This document shows positions 30,801 through 42,700 of a stretch of 64,000 nucleotides of DNA, piece by piece. The notes beneath the pieces are model-generated. The model was not told where the DNA came from and did not search any database. It was given only the letters and a program-made list of their open reading frames with translations. The position numbers and the translations under genes were made by a program. Position 1 is the stretch's first letter; each line of letters starts with the position of its first letter. Origin of the DNA: Phoronis australis (taxonomy: Eukaryota > Animalia > Phoronida); NCBI GenBank assembly GCA_002633005.1, contig NMRA01000052.1, positions 548,722 through 612,721 on the forward strand. Direction: 5' to 3'.

Positions 30801-33800
30801 CCATTTCAATTATTGATAGGTGCTTTTGTAGAGCAATAGAATGAAACTGAAGGTAAAATCCAGTTGTTTCACTAGATCGTTCTCATAAGCAGAGGCAAAG
30901 TGGTTGGTGTGTGTGTGTTGGAGTAAAACCAGTTCATTTACTGTAGGAATGCTGTACATAGCCAACCAAGAATCCCTGCTAGGTGATTTATCCCCTATAG
31001 GTTGGAACTAGCTCAGCTGCACTTGGGGTCAAGGTTATGTAGGATCTCCGCTTCCTTGTTTGTGTATTGAGCCAAATATCTTCATAACTATAGATTTTAA
31101 CTTGGTAAAAGTGTTTGTTTTCTGAAAGTAGAAAAAAATGTAAAATTTGATTTTTGGCTTTGCACCAGTTTGCCATTTGATAGGTCATTTGATCGGTTTT
31201 TTTAATAGACAGCAGCATATGTAACATGACCAAATTGCATTTGTTGTAAATGCTCGAGATAATCTCTCAAAAATGCTGTTGCAGTTTTATTAACTATCGT
31301 TAAATCCTATTTCTGACAGCCCTCATGCAAAAGTGGAATATTTAAAAACAGTGCATCATTAAAGCATGGTCCGGAAGTTTCATTTGAATCCAATCGGCCA
31401 TTTTGAGATGCGATGTTCCAAAGTTAGCCAAACTTGCACATTTCTCTAGGGTGCAACATAACCATAACCCAAAGATACGGTATATATAACCTTTGCTTAT
31501 GCTGCATCCATTGAACAGAAGTGCCCAGGGTAAACATGCCTCATGTCATCTGGGGTTCAGCGCAAGCCCTAGGTAGCTTGTTGCAGTGGTATTGTACCAG
31601 CTGATGGTGTTCTGACTGTTGCACATCTTAGCTGCTTTCTTGATGTGTCTAGTATTGCGCAAGTTTTGATTGAAAGGGTATTTGACATTAAATGCACAAA
31701 CCATTATAGTTGTGAAACACATTGTTCAGTTGCTTAGCAACTGTTGATAATCTTGTTCACTGTTAAATGTATAGGTAACAGTCAGATATAACATCCCGGC
31801 ATTTCGAGAACCAGTTTGTACACTGAAGAACAGGCATCAAACTGGTTCTCAAAATATGGGAACGTTATATCTGACAATGGCCAATTTAACTGAAGCATTT
31901 TTGGACTAGTGATAATAATCACTGCAGATAATCTATAGTCAAATCTCGTTTTCGCATTGTTTCTGATACAATATGGTGCATTTTGTTGGTATTGAAGTTG
32001 ACGTTTACCACAGCTGTTTTATTGATTATTTCTGATTGGATCATCTAATCTAGAGTCTTTGCTTTTCAGGCCTGACGACACCCCCTTTGAGCACGGGACG
32101 TTTCGACTACGCATTGAATTTACAGAAGAATATCCCAACAAACCGCCAACCGTGCGATTTGTTTCAAAAATGTATCATCCAAATGGTTTGTGAATTTGTC
32201 ATTTACTCATAAGTTCACGATTTGTAGAATACAGTAAAACTTGCTTAAGTCGGATACGCATTTATCAGACGGATTTTTCGCAAATTCGAACAAGTTCTGT
32301 GGCATGTTTGTTCTAGTTTGAGAACTTGTCCCTTCAAGTAAGTCAGGTTTTACCGTGACCAGTTGAAATGTCCATGGAGCTGGATCCGACTTTTACTAGC
32401 TTTCCTGTACTTCAACAGCCTGTTGGGTTCAGCTATGATGTTTGCCAGCTTGTCGTAAACGGATGCTGGTCTATTGATGAACATATCCTTGAAGTCTGGT
32501 CCCATTTATCACAACTACAGATCTATGTTCCAATTGTTTGATTATAAACAAGATGTTCTACTGGTTTTATGCGGATTTTGTCGAGTGAGTAGTTTTAGCT
32601 TGGAACATTCATAATGGGGTGTTTCAAAAAGAAACCCAGTGCTTCAAAAAGATACCCGATTCAAAATTGCTGTTTTTTTGTTGTTTTTTTTTCAATAGGA
32701 CAGTGTTTGTACCAGTTTTTATTGTTGAGCATTTAAATTCCCAGGCCATGTCCCCTTGAGAACCATGCACTTATATGCAGTGCTGTGTTGCTTCCCACTA
32801 GAACATCAGTTTCTATATTTTTGTTTGCCTTATGCTTACACGTTTATGCTGTTGCTGTTCCAAACTGATTCACTACCATTCTTTTCAGGTTATAGAATTT
32901 GTGCTATGAGTTTAAGATGTTGTATTCAGTCTTTACTGTAAAAGGAATGTGCTTAACTGCCCATCATGTTGTTAAATGGTGCCTGGGTTTGATATTGACC
33001 ATGGTTATGGCAAAGTTTCTTCTATTTAGAATACAATATGACTGAGCAGACCCGCGGCAGAAATTGTTGTGTCAAAAGTTTTCAACAAAAGCGTGCGGGA
33101 GAAAAATTGTACATTATCATTTGCGCTGTTCCTAATGTACAACTGTCGTCGACGGACAGGATGAAATTCTAGCAGTTTTACCTTCGTCTTTTGTCTGTAT
33201 GCTGGATCACCTAATCCCCTCAATTGATATTTGTAAACATTCTGTGAACATGTTTTGTTCATGAACGGGTCTGCTCAAGCTAATTTTTGTACAGATTCAA
33301 CTACGCCTGTGTCCCCCAGTCGCAATTTTAGTTTTTATGTTGGCCTATCTGTCCACTGTGTTCCTTAAGAGATTTTCATGAAATACTCTATGTACGCCTA
33401 CATATTTACGTGCGGGTACATATTGGTGTCATCTCAGTCTATGTGTCTGGTGTTCATTGCAGTATCTCCTAAACCCCTTGCTGTATCTTAATGTTATTTG
33501 GCAGAATGTTCCTAAGAAGCTAATGACAAATGAAGATATTTTGGAAGTTTAGAAAGTGTATTCCTCTTAACTTGACAACAGGTGGACGGATCAGACTACC
33601 GCTTCGCCTCCTTGTGGCAGTTTGTTTTTTCACGTTCACCACTGTAATCTTTGGAGTTCTGTGACAGTTTTTCTTGAGATTTAGAAAATAGCTTCCCATT
33701 TGGAAGACAACAACGTCTTCCCATTTGTGGACTGGTCTGATGAATTCTGCACCATTTTATGACTGTTTTTATGATACTTATTAACACCATTAGAAGTCTT

Positions 33801-36800
33801 CCATTTGCACTGCAGCTTTGGGCGCATTGCCCAGTGTTTCTCTTACCTTCCCATTTTCAGAGTGATCGTGCACCCCTAGTGGCCATTTTTATTCTTTTTG
33901 GATATGTTTTAGAATCTGCTTCTTTAGTCTAAATACCACCTTCGAAGATTATTATGAAATGTCACAGATGTGGCTAATATGATCATTGGAGGACTTGTTC
34001 TATTGTGGGACCCTCTAGTGGGAACTCAGCTTTGTGTATGCATCCGTATCTTCCAAGTTCCTGGATGAATTTTCATGAAATTTGACGAAAAGGCTTTTAT
34101 TACATAAACGACAAGTCTCCATGGTTGAAGGGCCCCATAGAGGCCGTTGTTATTGATTTTGCATCTATCTTCAGTCTCCACTGATTTCTTACAAAAATAA
34201 TTGCCAAAGTGGCTGATTACCTTTTCGTACCTTTTTGCAAATAATGGTTGCTTTAGGTAATGTTGTTTTCCGACGACGACGCTCATTAAACCACTCTTGC
34301 AATTGTCTAAAATGTCCTGAATCTTTACTTTCGTAGAGAAATTTAACAAAATAGAATTTCACGTGTCAGCCATGTTGTGTGGTAAATAAGTAAAGAATTA
34401 ACGCATTTTTGGTTTAACGTATGACAATGAAATTTCACTGACATGTCCATATTGAGATGGTGACGACTGACAGATTTTCGAATGGGTCCAGCTATTTTGG
34501 TGCTGTAGTAGATTTATTTTTTGCCTGTGCCTTAATATCTCCAAGTTCCTCTATTGATTTTCATGAAATTTGTTGTACGTGTTCTAGTTTAAGAGAATAC
34601 GCCTGACGTTGATTTTGGAATGATTCGGAATGCTATGACGTCTATTGGCAAGTTAGGTTTTCCGTGCGCATAGCGCTTTATCTACCAAGTTCCTCGATGA
34701 CTGTTCATGGAATTTGGCAAATAAGTTTCTACCAAAGAGATGACAGCACTTGCCTTATTTCAAACATATGCTGCACTCCTAGCAGCCTCCTTATTTTACA
34801 TGTGGTAAAAGCATTCCATTCGTTGAGCAGTCCTGAGAACATTGCAGTGCTTGGGTTGCTGTTGTTTAGAATACAGTGAAAATTGGAATAGTGATGATTT
34901 TGGCAATTATTTTTGTTGGAATTTGAAGAAACTTTACCATTAATACCATAGTTTTATATTATCAACAGTGTCAACAGTAAATTAGTGATACCTAGTGAGT
35001 ACACAACACCTAGTTTGTCCATGTAAGCAAGTCGTGTTTTTTGCCTTTCAGTATATGCCGACGGCAGCATATGTCTGGACATATTATCAAACAGGTGGAG
35101 TCCAACGTACGATGTCGGTTCTATATTAACTTCTATACAGGTATGTCCAAGGTCCTGTCGAGAGCGCTTTCCACCACAGGGTATCAAATGCTGTCCGTTA
35201 TATTTGAGGCTGACGGAGATACGAATGCTCCTATGTTTGCTAAATTTTTCCTACTAATTTTCCGACTGACCTCTCTTTGCTGAAAGTAATGTTTGCTGAC
35301 ATGCTTGTCATTCGTGTAAACGAGGACATGGTACTTAAAATAAAGTCCCCTTTTATAGCTAAAAAGGTACTCAAGTACCAATGCACATTGATTGTAATTA
35401 AAATTGATTAAGGTTAATGGTATCTATATGAAAATATTCACATTGGATCATGTTGATAATCCTCAATGGTGATAAAGCCTTCTCTTTCCTCTTTTGAGTT
35501 TTAGATGCATTTTTCCTTCATTGGTAAGAGGAACACTGTAAACAACTTAACCCAAACTTTTTGTTCTAAGCGACTGATCTGCTAGTGAATTCTAAGATGT
35601 GTTCTAAATTTGATCAATGGTTAGCAAAACTGCGCAAGGCCTGCAACAAAGGTCATGCTGTGACAATTGACTCGTGTCGCGTGAAAAGTCGGGTCGGCTT
35701 TACTCGTTTAGCTTTTGTAATGGTAGCTTAACTGGACCATTTTCAAATTGCCAATTTTAGGATTGGCCATCCCCAATAAACTTTAAACCATTTCTCGAAA
35801 TAGTGATGGTTTCGATGTTATTGTTGGTAACTGGAATGGAATCTTTGCACAATCAGGAATATTAGAGAACTTTTATAAAGGTAAAAGGCCGTGTTTGACT
35901 TTTGTTTTTAGCTAGCATGACAGGTCCAAATGCTGCTAAAATTCGGAAAGTATAAGGGCATTGTCACATTGCTTTGTGGTTTGGAGATTCTGGGTGCTCT
36001 AGATAAGAGTATCTGTTGCATCAATTACGGCAGTGTTCCCCCTACTTGTATTTACGTACAACACTGTAATGAAAGCCTGAATTTGAAATGTCAGTGTTGA
36101 ATTTAGCTTGTGACTAATTGCTATTTTCCTGTTCTACATGTTCACGTATCTTTGCAATTGTTTATTTTAATAGGGTGTAAAAAGGGTTTTGCCGTACTTC
36201 CATAAAGTTATTGCTATGATTGTTTTCATGATTGTTTTTGAGAAATACGAAAATTGGTTTCTTTGCACTTGGTGTGTTTCAAGTTCAACCCAAGGAGAAC
36301 ACTGTCGTAGTTCAGAATCGTCATCATGGCCTCGCCTCAACACAGATACGCCCCCAACTAACACAGTCCCATTTCTGTTGCAGTCGCTCCTTAACGAGCC
36401 CAATCCGAACAGTCCTGCCAATGCCGAGGCAGCTCATCTGTTCCGTGAGAACCGGCGGGAGTATAACAAAAAAATAGAAGCCATAGTGAACATGAGCTTG
36501 TTCGATTTCATGTCCAAAGAGGACAAAACGCCAACGTAGGGCTACACCGCCCAGCGCGCCGTCCCCTGCTCCTTTTCATCCCCTCGTTTCTCTGATGATG
36601 TCCTTGTGTCAATACCGAGTGCAGCACTCGCCTTTCCGCAGACGTTGTTCACCTTTGCCAAATCCGTCATCTCGTCATCGTTGTCGTCGTTACCCAGTTA
36701 ATTTCTGCCACGCTCTGCACAGTGTACTAGACTGTCTTGTTGCGATGTCGCTATCAGGGGCGGGTATACCGATTGTTTCACTGATCTGCTGGAATTAAAT

Positions 36801-37049
36801 GTTTGTCTGATTGTGCCTATTGTGTGGTTTCTCTCCACCGGGCATTCCAAGAAAGCTGCGCTGGGCCATGCTTAGTCTCATAGTGGAGTGTAACCAGCGA
36901 CTCTATTTCCGTTTCAGTCACTTTTAGACGAGCCCAATCCCAACAGCCCGGCTAACCACCAGGCGGCCAAACTTTATCAGGAGAATCGTCGGGAATATGA
37001 AAGGAAAGTCCAGGCAACGGTGGAACAGAGCTGGGTTAACCATTCTTGA
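27864..37049 (+). CDS. UBE2A: Ubiquitin-conjugating enzyme E2 RAD6 (UBE2A/UBE2B); exons 27864-27907, 28046-28141, 32070-32185, 35052-35140, 36918-37049
   Basis: [72 protein letters not shown]...VEQSW; GT-AG junctions in phase. Confidence 0.95.
28179..28507. mobile_element. MITE, family shared with 55091-55200
   Basis: TAGCCTTGG...TGCAAAGCTGTATAC at left vs GTGTACAGCTTTGCACCAAGGCTA at right. Confidence 0.65.
31781..31875. mobile_element. Palindromic MITE-like element
   Basis: GTCAGATATAAC...GAGAACCAGTTTG vs CAAACTGGTTCTC...GTTATATCTGAC. Confidence 0.6.
32232..32356. mobile_element. Tc1/mariner-type MITE remnant (related copy ~60240-60415)
   Basis: TA-CAGTAAAACTTGCTTA left end vs TAAGTCAGGTTTTACCG right end; shared TAAGTCGGA motif. 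Confidence 0.45.
33043..33277. mobile_element. MITE with 12-bp TIRs
   Basis: TGAGCAGACCCG / CGGGTCTGCTCA. Confidence 0.5.
36384..36539 (+). CDS. UBE2A: RAD6 alternative (duplicated) terminal exon 5a
   Basis: TTTCTGTTGCAG acceptor, phase 0, [51 protein letters not shown]. Confidence 0.8.
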   Translation, partial: SLLNEPNPNSPANAEAAHLFRENRREYNKKIEAIVNMSLFDFMSKEDKTPT

Positions 37050-39795
37050 GGTGGTCTCCACTCCCAGGCGCAGTTCTAGCTACCCTAGATTTGCGCTCAC
37101 GAATCGACCAATTTCCCTTGTGTAAAAACTAGTTGTTAAGTGTTAAAACATAGAGCGCTGTTCATCCACTGTCTATAAGCATGGTCCATCGCAGCAATGG
37201 AGAGGGAATGTTATTATGTTGGTATACTTCTGATATTTATTGTGCCACTTCCTATTCATGGAGACTGAAATGCAATATCACTAATACAAACTCATCCCCT
37301 CTTTTCAACTTGTGACGTATGATGATCAGGGACAACAGTAGTGTTTTGGCACGGGGCATGTGAGAACGTCCGTTTCTCACGAATTTGGTCCCTCCGTAGT
37401 CATTGCTGATTGGCCCATCAACAAATTCATGTTTTTAAGGCAATACTTTTACCCTACATACCGCGTTGGTTATGACGTTAAAAACAAGAAATTAAGAAGT
37501 CAACATAATAAAACATAGTAGGTTGAAAGTGAAATGTTTGAAACGTCAGTTACATTTAGCCGTTTGCTATGGAAATCGTCAGATATTGGGCATGATGGCT
37601 CTCGCATCCCTAGCCTTTGGTAAGATTCGTCCTTGTTGATGACTACTTCTTTTTGCAAGCATTAAATCCCATTTCGTTTCCATGGTGTTTCTTTTGAACG
37701 TTCAACGTAGTGACGTTAAGCCCATTAATCTGGTTAACGAGTTTTGTGCAGTTAGTAGCTAGTTGCAAGGGGTGTCGGTGATGTAGCGGTTGTGATTTGT
37801 ACGAATAACAAAACTCAGGCTTGTGAATCACTCGTAGAAAATAATACCGAGATTTTCTGTTCACTTTCAATGACACTGCATTTTACTAACTTGTTATTTA
37901 CACTTAATTACAACAGTTCATCCAAATGGCATGTTGTATTTTTGTCAATAATCCCGAATGTTACTTATTGGCCCACGAATATGTGGATGGTAAAAACATC
38001 ACGTGGAATTGATGTTTTAGAAAGCTGTTGCATCGGTGATGAGCATGTGATACACCATTGCCATAACAGTTCATGCCAACATCTTTTGTTATCTTAGAGC
38101 GAGTGCACTTCATTACTCAGTGAATATATCAGTGTGTGTTGCCGTACAGGCGCTGGTGTAAGATGTGTGGTCCGAAATGGAAACTGACTCTGGTTTCACA
38201 TGAAAACTATGCTATTATATCAAATGGAAATTGAATGTATGTAAATTTTCATTCAAACATCTTCGTAAAACAAGTGAACAAAATGTGTTTAAGAAACATT
38301 TTCTCTTCTCTGTTTCACTTCACCGTGAATAAATTTTCAATAAATTATTCACTATCTAGCTCAGAAAACTGAAATACATTTTTGGCTGTGAAAAGGAGGT
38401 AATTTACAAATTCACCGAGTGCTGTGTGGTCGCTTGTCAAGTTCAGTTCCCCTTGTTTTTGTTGGGTGGTGCTCAAGCACACAACCTGCCCTCATGACTT
38501 GGCGCATGGCTATCGGCATGTGTAGGGTCATTTTGACAACTTTGCTGGTAATTTTCAATGTGCTACGTTGATCATTGGCCGGTAAAGATGCCACGGGGAG
38601 CTGCTAGCATCACTTGCCAGTCACCTGATGCAAGACCATTTCAGCCACCTTTTTCTGTATTGGTGTTACGGAACATTGGAAATATTCGAGTGCTATAAAT
38701 AAGAGTGCAAAACCTGTGTTAGGGAGTCTGTCGGATTGCTCATAAATCTGGTGTATCTGGGACTTCTTCAACAATGGTATATTTTACGTAGTCATGCAGT
38801 TTGGAAACTTTATGTGATATGTCATTTTATATATATCTATATATCATTTACTGCCTTTCTGTTATGTACAAATGCGTTCACTATGTAGTTGTTTTCTGTG
38901 TAAAAATAAATAAGTAAAATATCGAGTTAAGTACAGTTGTTCCGTTTGTAGCAATTTAAGTCTTGTGTAAGGATTTTACACTGACCAATTATATAGACTA
39001 CTGTCTGTATTCAGAAATTTAATCAATCCATGAACTTACAATTGCACTTTACTTCTCCAAAAACGACACGAACGGTACTGAATATTAAACCTCAAAAGTG
39101 ACTAGGGGGTACATCTCATAAAACTGACCTAAGTTTTGATAGGGGGCACGACTGTTAAAAATGACACTAGAGGTCGCTACGAAGTTTCTCAAGCGGTTGT
39201 AAACCTGCATTGCGTCAATGGCACAGACTTGACTTGGGCCACTTGCTACTACAAAATTGACTGCTTATTCTTCACTCAGAAGTTTGCCAGTGCTTGAGAC
39301 CATGTTCTGCCCACAAACAAATTCCTTGCAATAAGTCTGCTTCCCCTCGATCAACAAAGATCTTCCAATTATTTCCATACCTAGAAATAGCCTCAAATTT
39401 GAACAAGGAACATGTTGAGTCCTAATTTCATAATTGTGTGGTTTAAATTATATATTTTGACAACAGTTGGGTTGATAACTGTTATGAATACCCGGAAGTG
39501 TTGAACAACAGCTCGATGACCACGCCATCCACACAAAACCAGCCATTATAAAGATTACACGCATTATTCATGAACTGAAGTAGCTTACCGTTCCATAGGT
39601 CCTTAAAGAATATACACCCATATGACAATAAGAAAACAATACTTTCAACAGGAATGTCCATTGAAATGCATATGCGTGAATACCAAATATTTTAATCTTG
39701 ACTTAAGACAATGAATTCAGAAGCTGAATTTATGACAGTTGTCATGCCTAAACTCTTGAGTGTTTTACTGAAAGTGTTTAGTTGATAAGCAGGCA

Positions 39796-42700
39796 TCATA
39801 ATAACTTTGGTCTCTGAGGCATGCACAAATTGTAATAAGCTTTCTGATCCCAGAATGAAGGCTCTTTCCATCCACACCAGCCCTAGAAAAGAAACAAATT
39901 TGCCTCTGAAATGTATCACAACAAGAAAACCACTGTCAAACGTGGTATTTTCAAAGCTGCTGTAAATCTGCCTAAAGTTAAAAAACGTTATAATTTAGGC
40001 CGCTTACCATTGATCTTGTCGTGTTTCTTACTTAAAGTAGAGCTGATTTCAGGGAGGGGAAAACGGGCAGTTTGTGTGAAACCAGACCCAACGAGTTGCC
40101 TTGTCACAATGGTTAGTTTTATGTGGCCAGCATAGTCCAATTTTTTCCAATCCCAGAAATCACTATAGATCCGAGCACGAAACAAGCTAACATAAGTTAT
40201 ACAGTGGAAAGGGGTGTATAAAATAAACATTTTTCTTTTATGAAATGTGGATCAATAGTACCTGCTTTAAGCAACAAATTATATAAAAAAATTAAAACAA
40301 TACAAATGATGTATTTGAACAAGACGGACTAAAGACTTAAGAGAGGCATTTCCTTACTTTTGTGTGTCAAACATGAAAATCAAAAGAAGCCCGATTATCC
40401 ATATTGGACAAAATGTACTGAGAGAACCTAGTGAATGAGATTTGGCGGAATACACAAACAACAATAAAGCAATAAAATTTGATGGAGAAAAGTACTCACC
40501 TTATCCTGTATGATCTTAAGGTCTTCGGCTCCAGTGTAGTGAGGGTCGAGTATTAAGAATTTGAGGTCGCCAGACACATCATTAAAGTCCACGCCAAGGA
40601 TGGTGTGTGCCAAAACACCACCGCCTGGAATCAACAAGTCAAGCAACTGATGACTGAATGGCAGAAATAACTTGCTTAATTTCTTTTTATTTAAATTATT
40701 ATCGTTTAAATTATTATCGAGTTGAAAATTTACACTAGCAGAGTAAACCCAAAACCTGCTGAATTTCAAATATAATGGGTAGAATACAGTATATCACAAA
40801 CCAATGGTGGGCAGACACATAGTTCAATGTCTCCCAGAGCTTCAATGTGACCAATTGTGATTTCCCTTCAGGGAAAGATTCCCATCTCAAGGAAAGTATT
40901 TCTAAAGCAGTCAATTTTAATTGGATTCCAATGTATTGTTTATGTATACGGAGCAAATAAATTGCATGACTACGCATCATCTAAGTGAAAGTACGCAAAG
41001 CCAAATTTGTAGTAGATTTGAACTAGGCATGTTCCATAAGCCAGGTTAACAAGACCAGGAACGATCATGTGACGATCATGCGGAGGAAAAGTGAGATTTT
41101 TAAGGTTATGTAGGTCCTTATCTACAAGCGAAATATCTACAAAACTACAGATTTTTACTCTGCAGTAAAAGTGCAGACTTTATGAAAGTAAAAAACACGT
41201 AGAACTTGATTTCTGACTCAAGACCAATCTACCATTAATTGGACCATGTGAACATGACTTTTTGGTAAAATTTAGCAAAAACGAAAGGTACGGTAATTCT
41301 CAACTTATTTCACAATAAAATAATTGCCAAAATTGTCATTTTCCATTTTTACTTTATACTGCAAATATTGGAAAATTCACCAAAATTTGTCTTTGACATC
41401 AACACAGTACGTAGTAGTAACAGACTAAAGATTTCTTAATTTTTATTTTTGAAGAGAAATTTGACAAACTAGAACTCCACTTGATAGGCATATTCTGTGC
41501 TAAAAAGTGAATTACCATACATTGACAAAAACAATATCGTCTAATCACTGGATGAATTTCGTTTGACATAAATGTTCAGGTGAAATCTCAAAAACGCTAT
41601 TACAGTTTTCTAAATTTTTATTAAATTCATTTTTGCTTTATGCAACTTAAGACTTTTTCACGTAAAAGTGAAACATTGTAAAGACAATTTGTAGTAGCAT
41701 TTCGGAGAACAGGGCATAAAGGATAGAAACTGGAAATTTTATGTGAATCAGAGATATAATGTTCCAAAGTTAGCCAGATTTTGACATTTTTCTAAGGTTC
41801 TATGTAACCTTAAAAGTTTCGCGAATAACCTCGCCCCGTTAACACCCAACACTATCCAAAAGGCTGCCACTGGCTGTGATAGGATGGAAACAGAATGTTG
41901 ATTAATAGGAGAAAACGAGCGAGTAAACTCATAGTTGATGTAAAAGTCAAGATTTCTCATCTCAGGTTTCTCAAGTGACTAGCGTTACAGAACATACCCT
42001 TAAATATTGTGTAGTCACTCACTGGACGAGATCAGAACCAACCTACCTATCATGATAGGCGTGCCTTGAGTCTCAAAGTGAACTGCCAACTCTCTGCCTT
42101 TTGAGGCAAGCTCTGTGCCTGAGCTAACATTTAAGATCTTGTATGTTACCTGAAATCAGATGCCACACAATGAAAAAACACACCTAAATTTGAACCTAAA
42201 TTTGGAATTGGCATCTCAGGTGCTAATTAAGAAACATTGACTTTCAGACAATTCTATAACTCTGAAATACTGCCCACCACATGTTAAGACCGAAGCACTG
42301 TCGCCCTTCTACTTAACCCATGAACGCAATGCCACGAGACACCATCTGGTGTTGAATATTTACACTACATCAACAGTGAAACAATAACAGTGGAACACAC
42401 CAGACTTGTTCAGACCAGCTTTACTTTTGAAAAAAATTCTCATGGATGCTCTTTCGAATATCTTCACATAGTACACTTAGCCCTAGCTCTCACTGTGGGT
42501 CAATTGTGTTCAGTGAACCATTACATGACATATTACGACAATGAATACGTCAGACTGAAAACTGTGACTGTTCCAACAATGGAATCGATCCCATGGCAAC
42601 TTAAGTTTTAGACGGGATTTATACCACATGAATTACAAATAAAACAATCCAGATGATACGCATCTGAAAATAACCAACCCCAAGAAAATGCTCCAAACAG

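Noticed and set aside
31001-31035. Possible alternative canonical RAD6 exon 2
   Set aside because: Acceptor-like site, but the translation does not resemble RAD6
39988-40170. DFWDWKK ORF as an alternative UFSP2 last exon
   Set aside because: The nearest AG gives an immediate TGA in phase 0; similarity to GWCGWK is superficial
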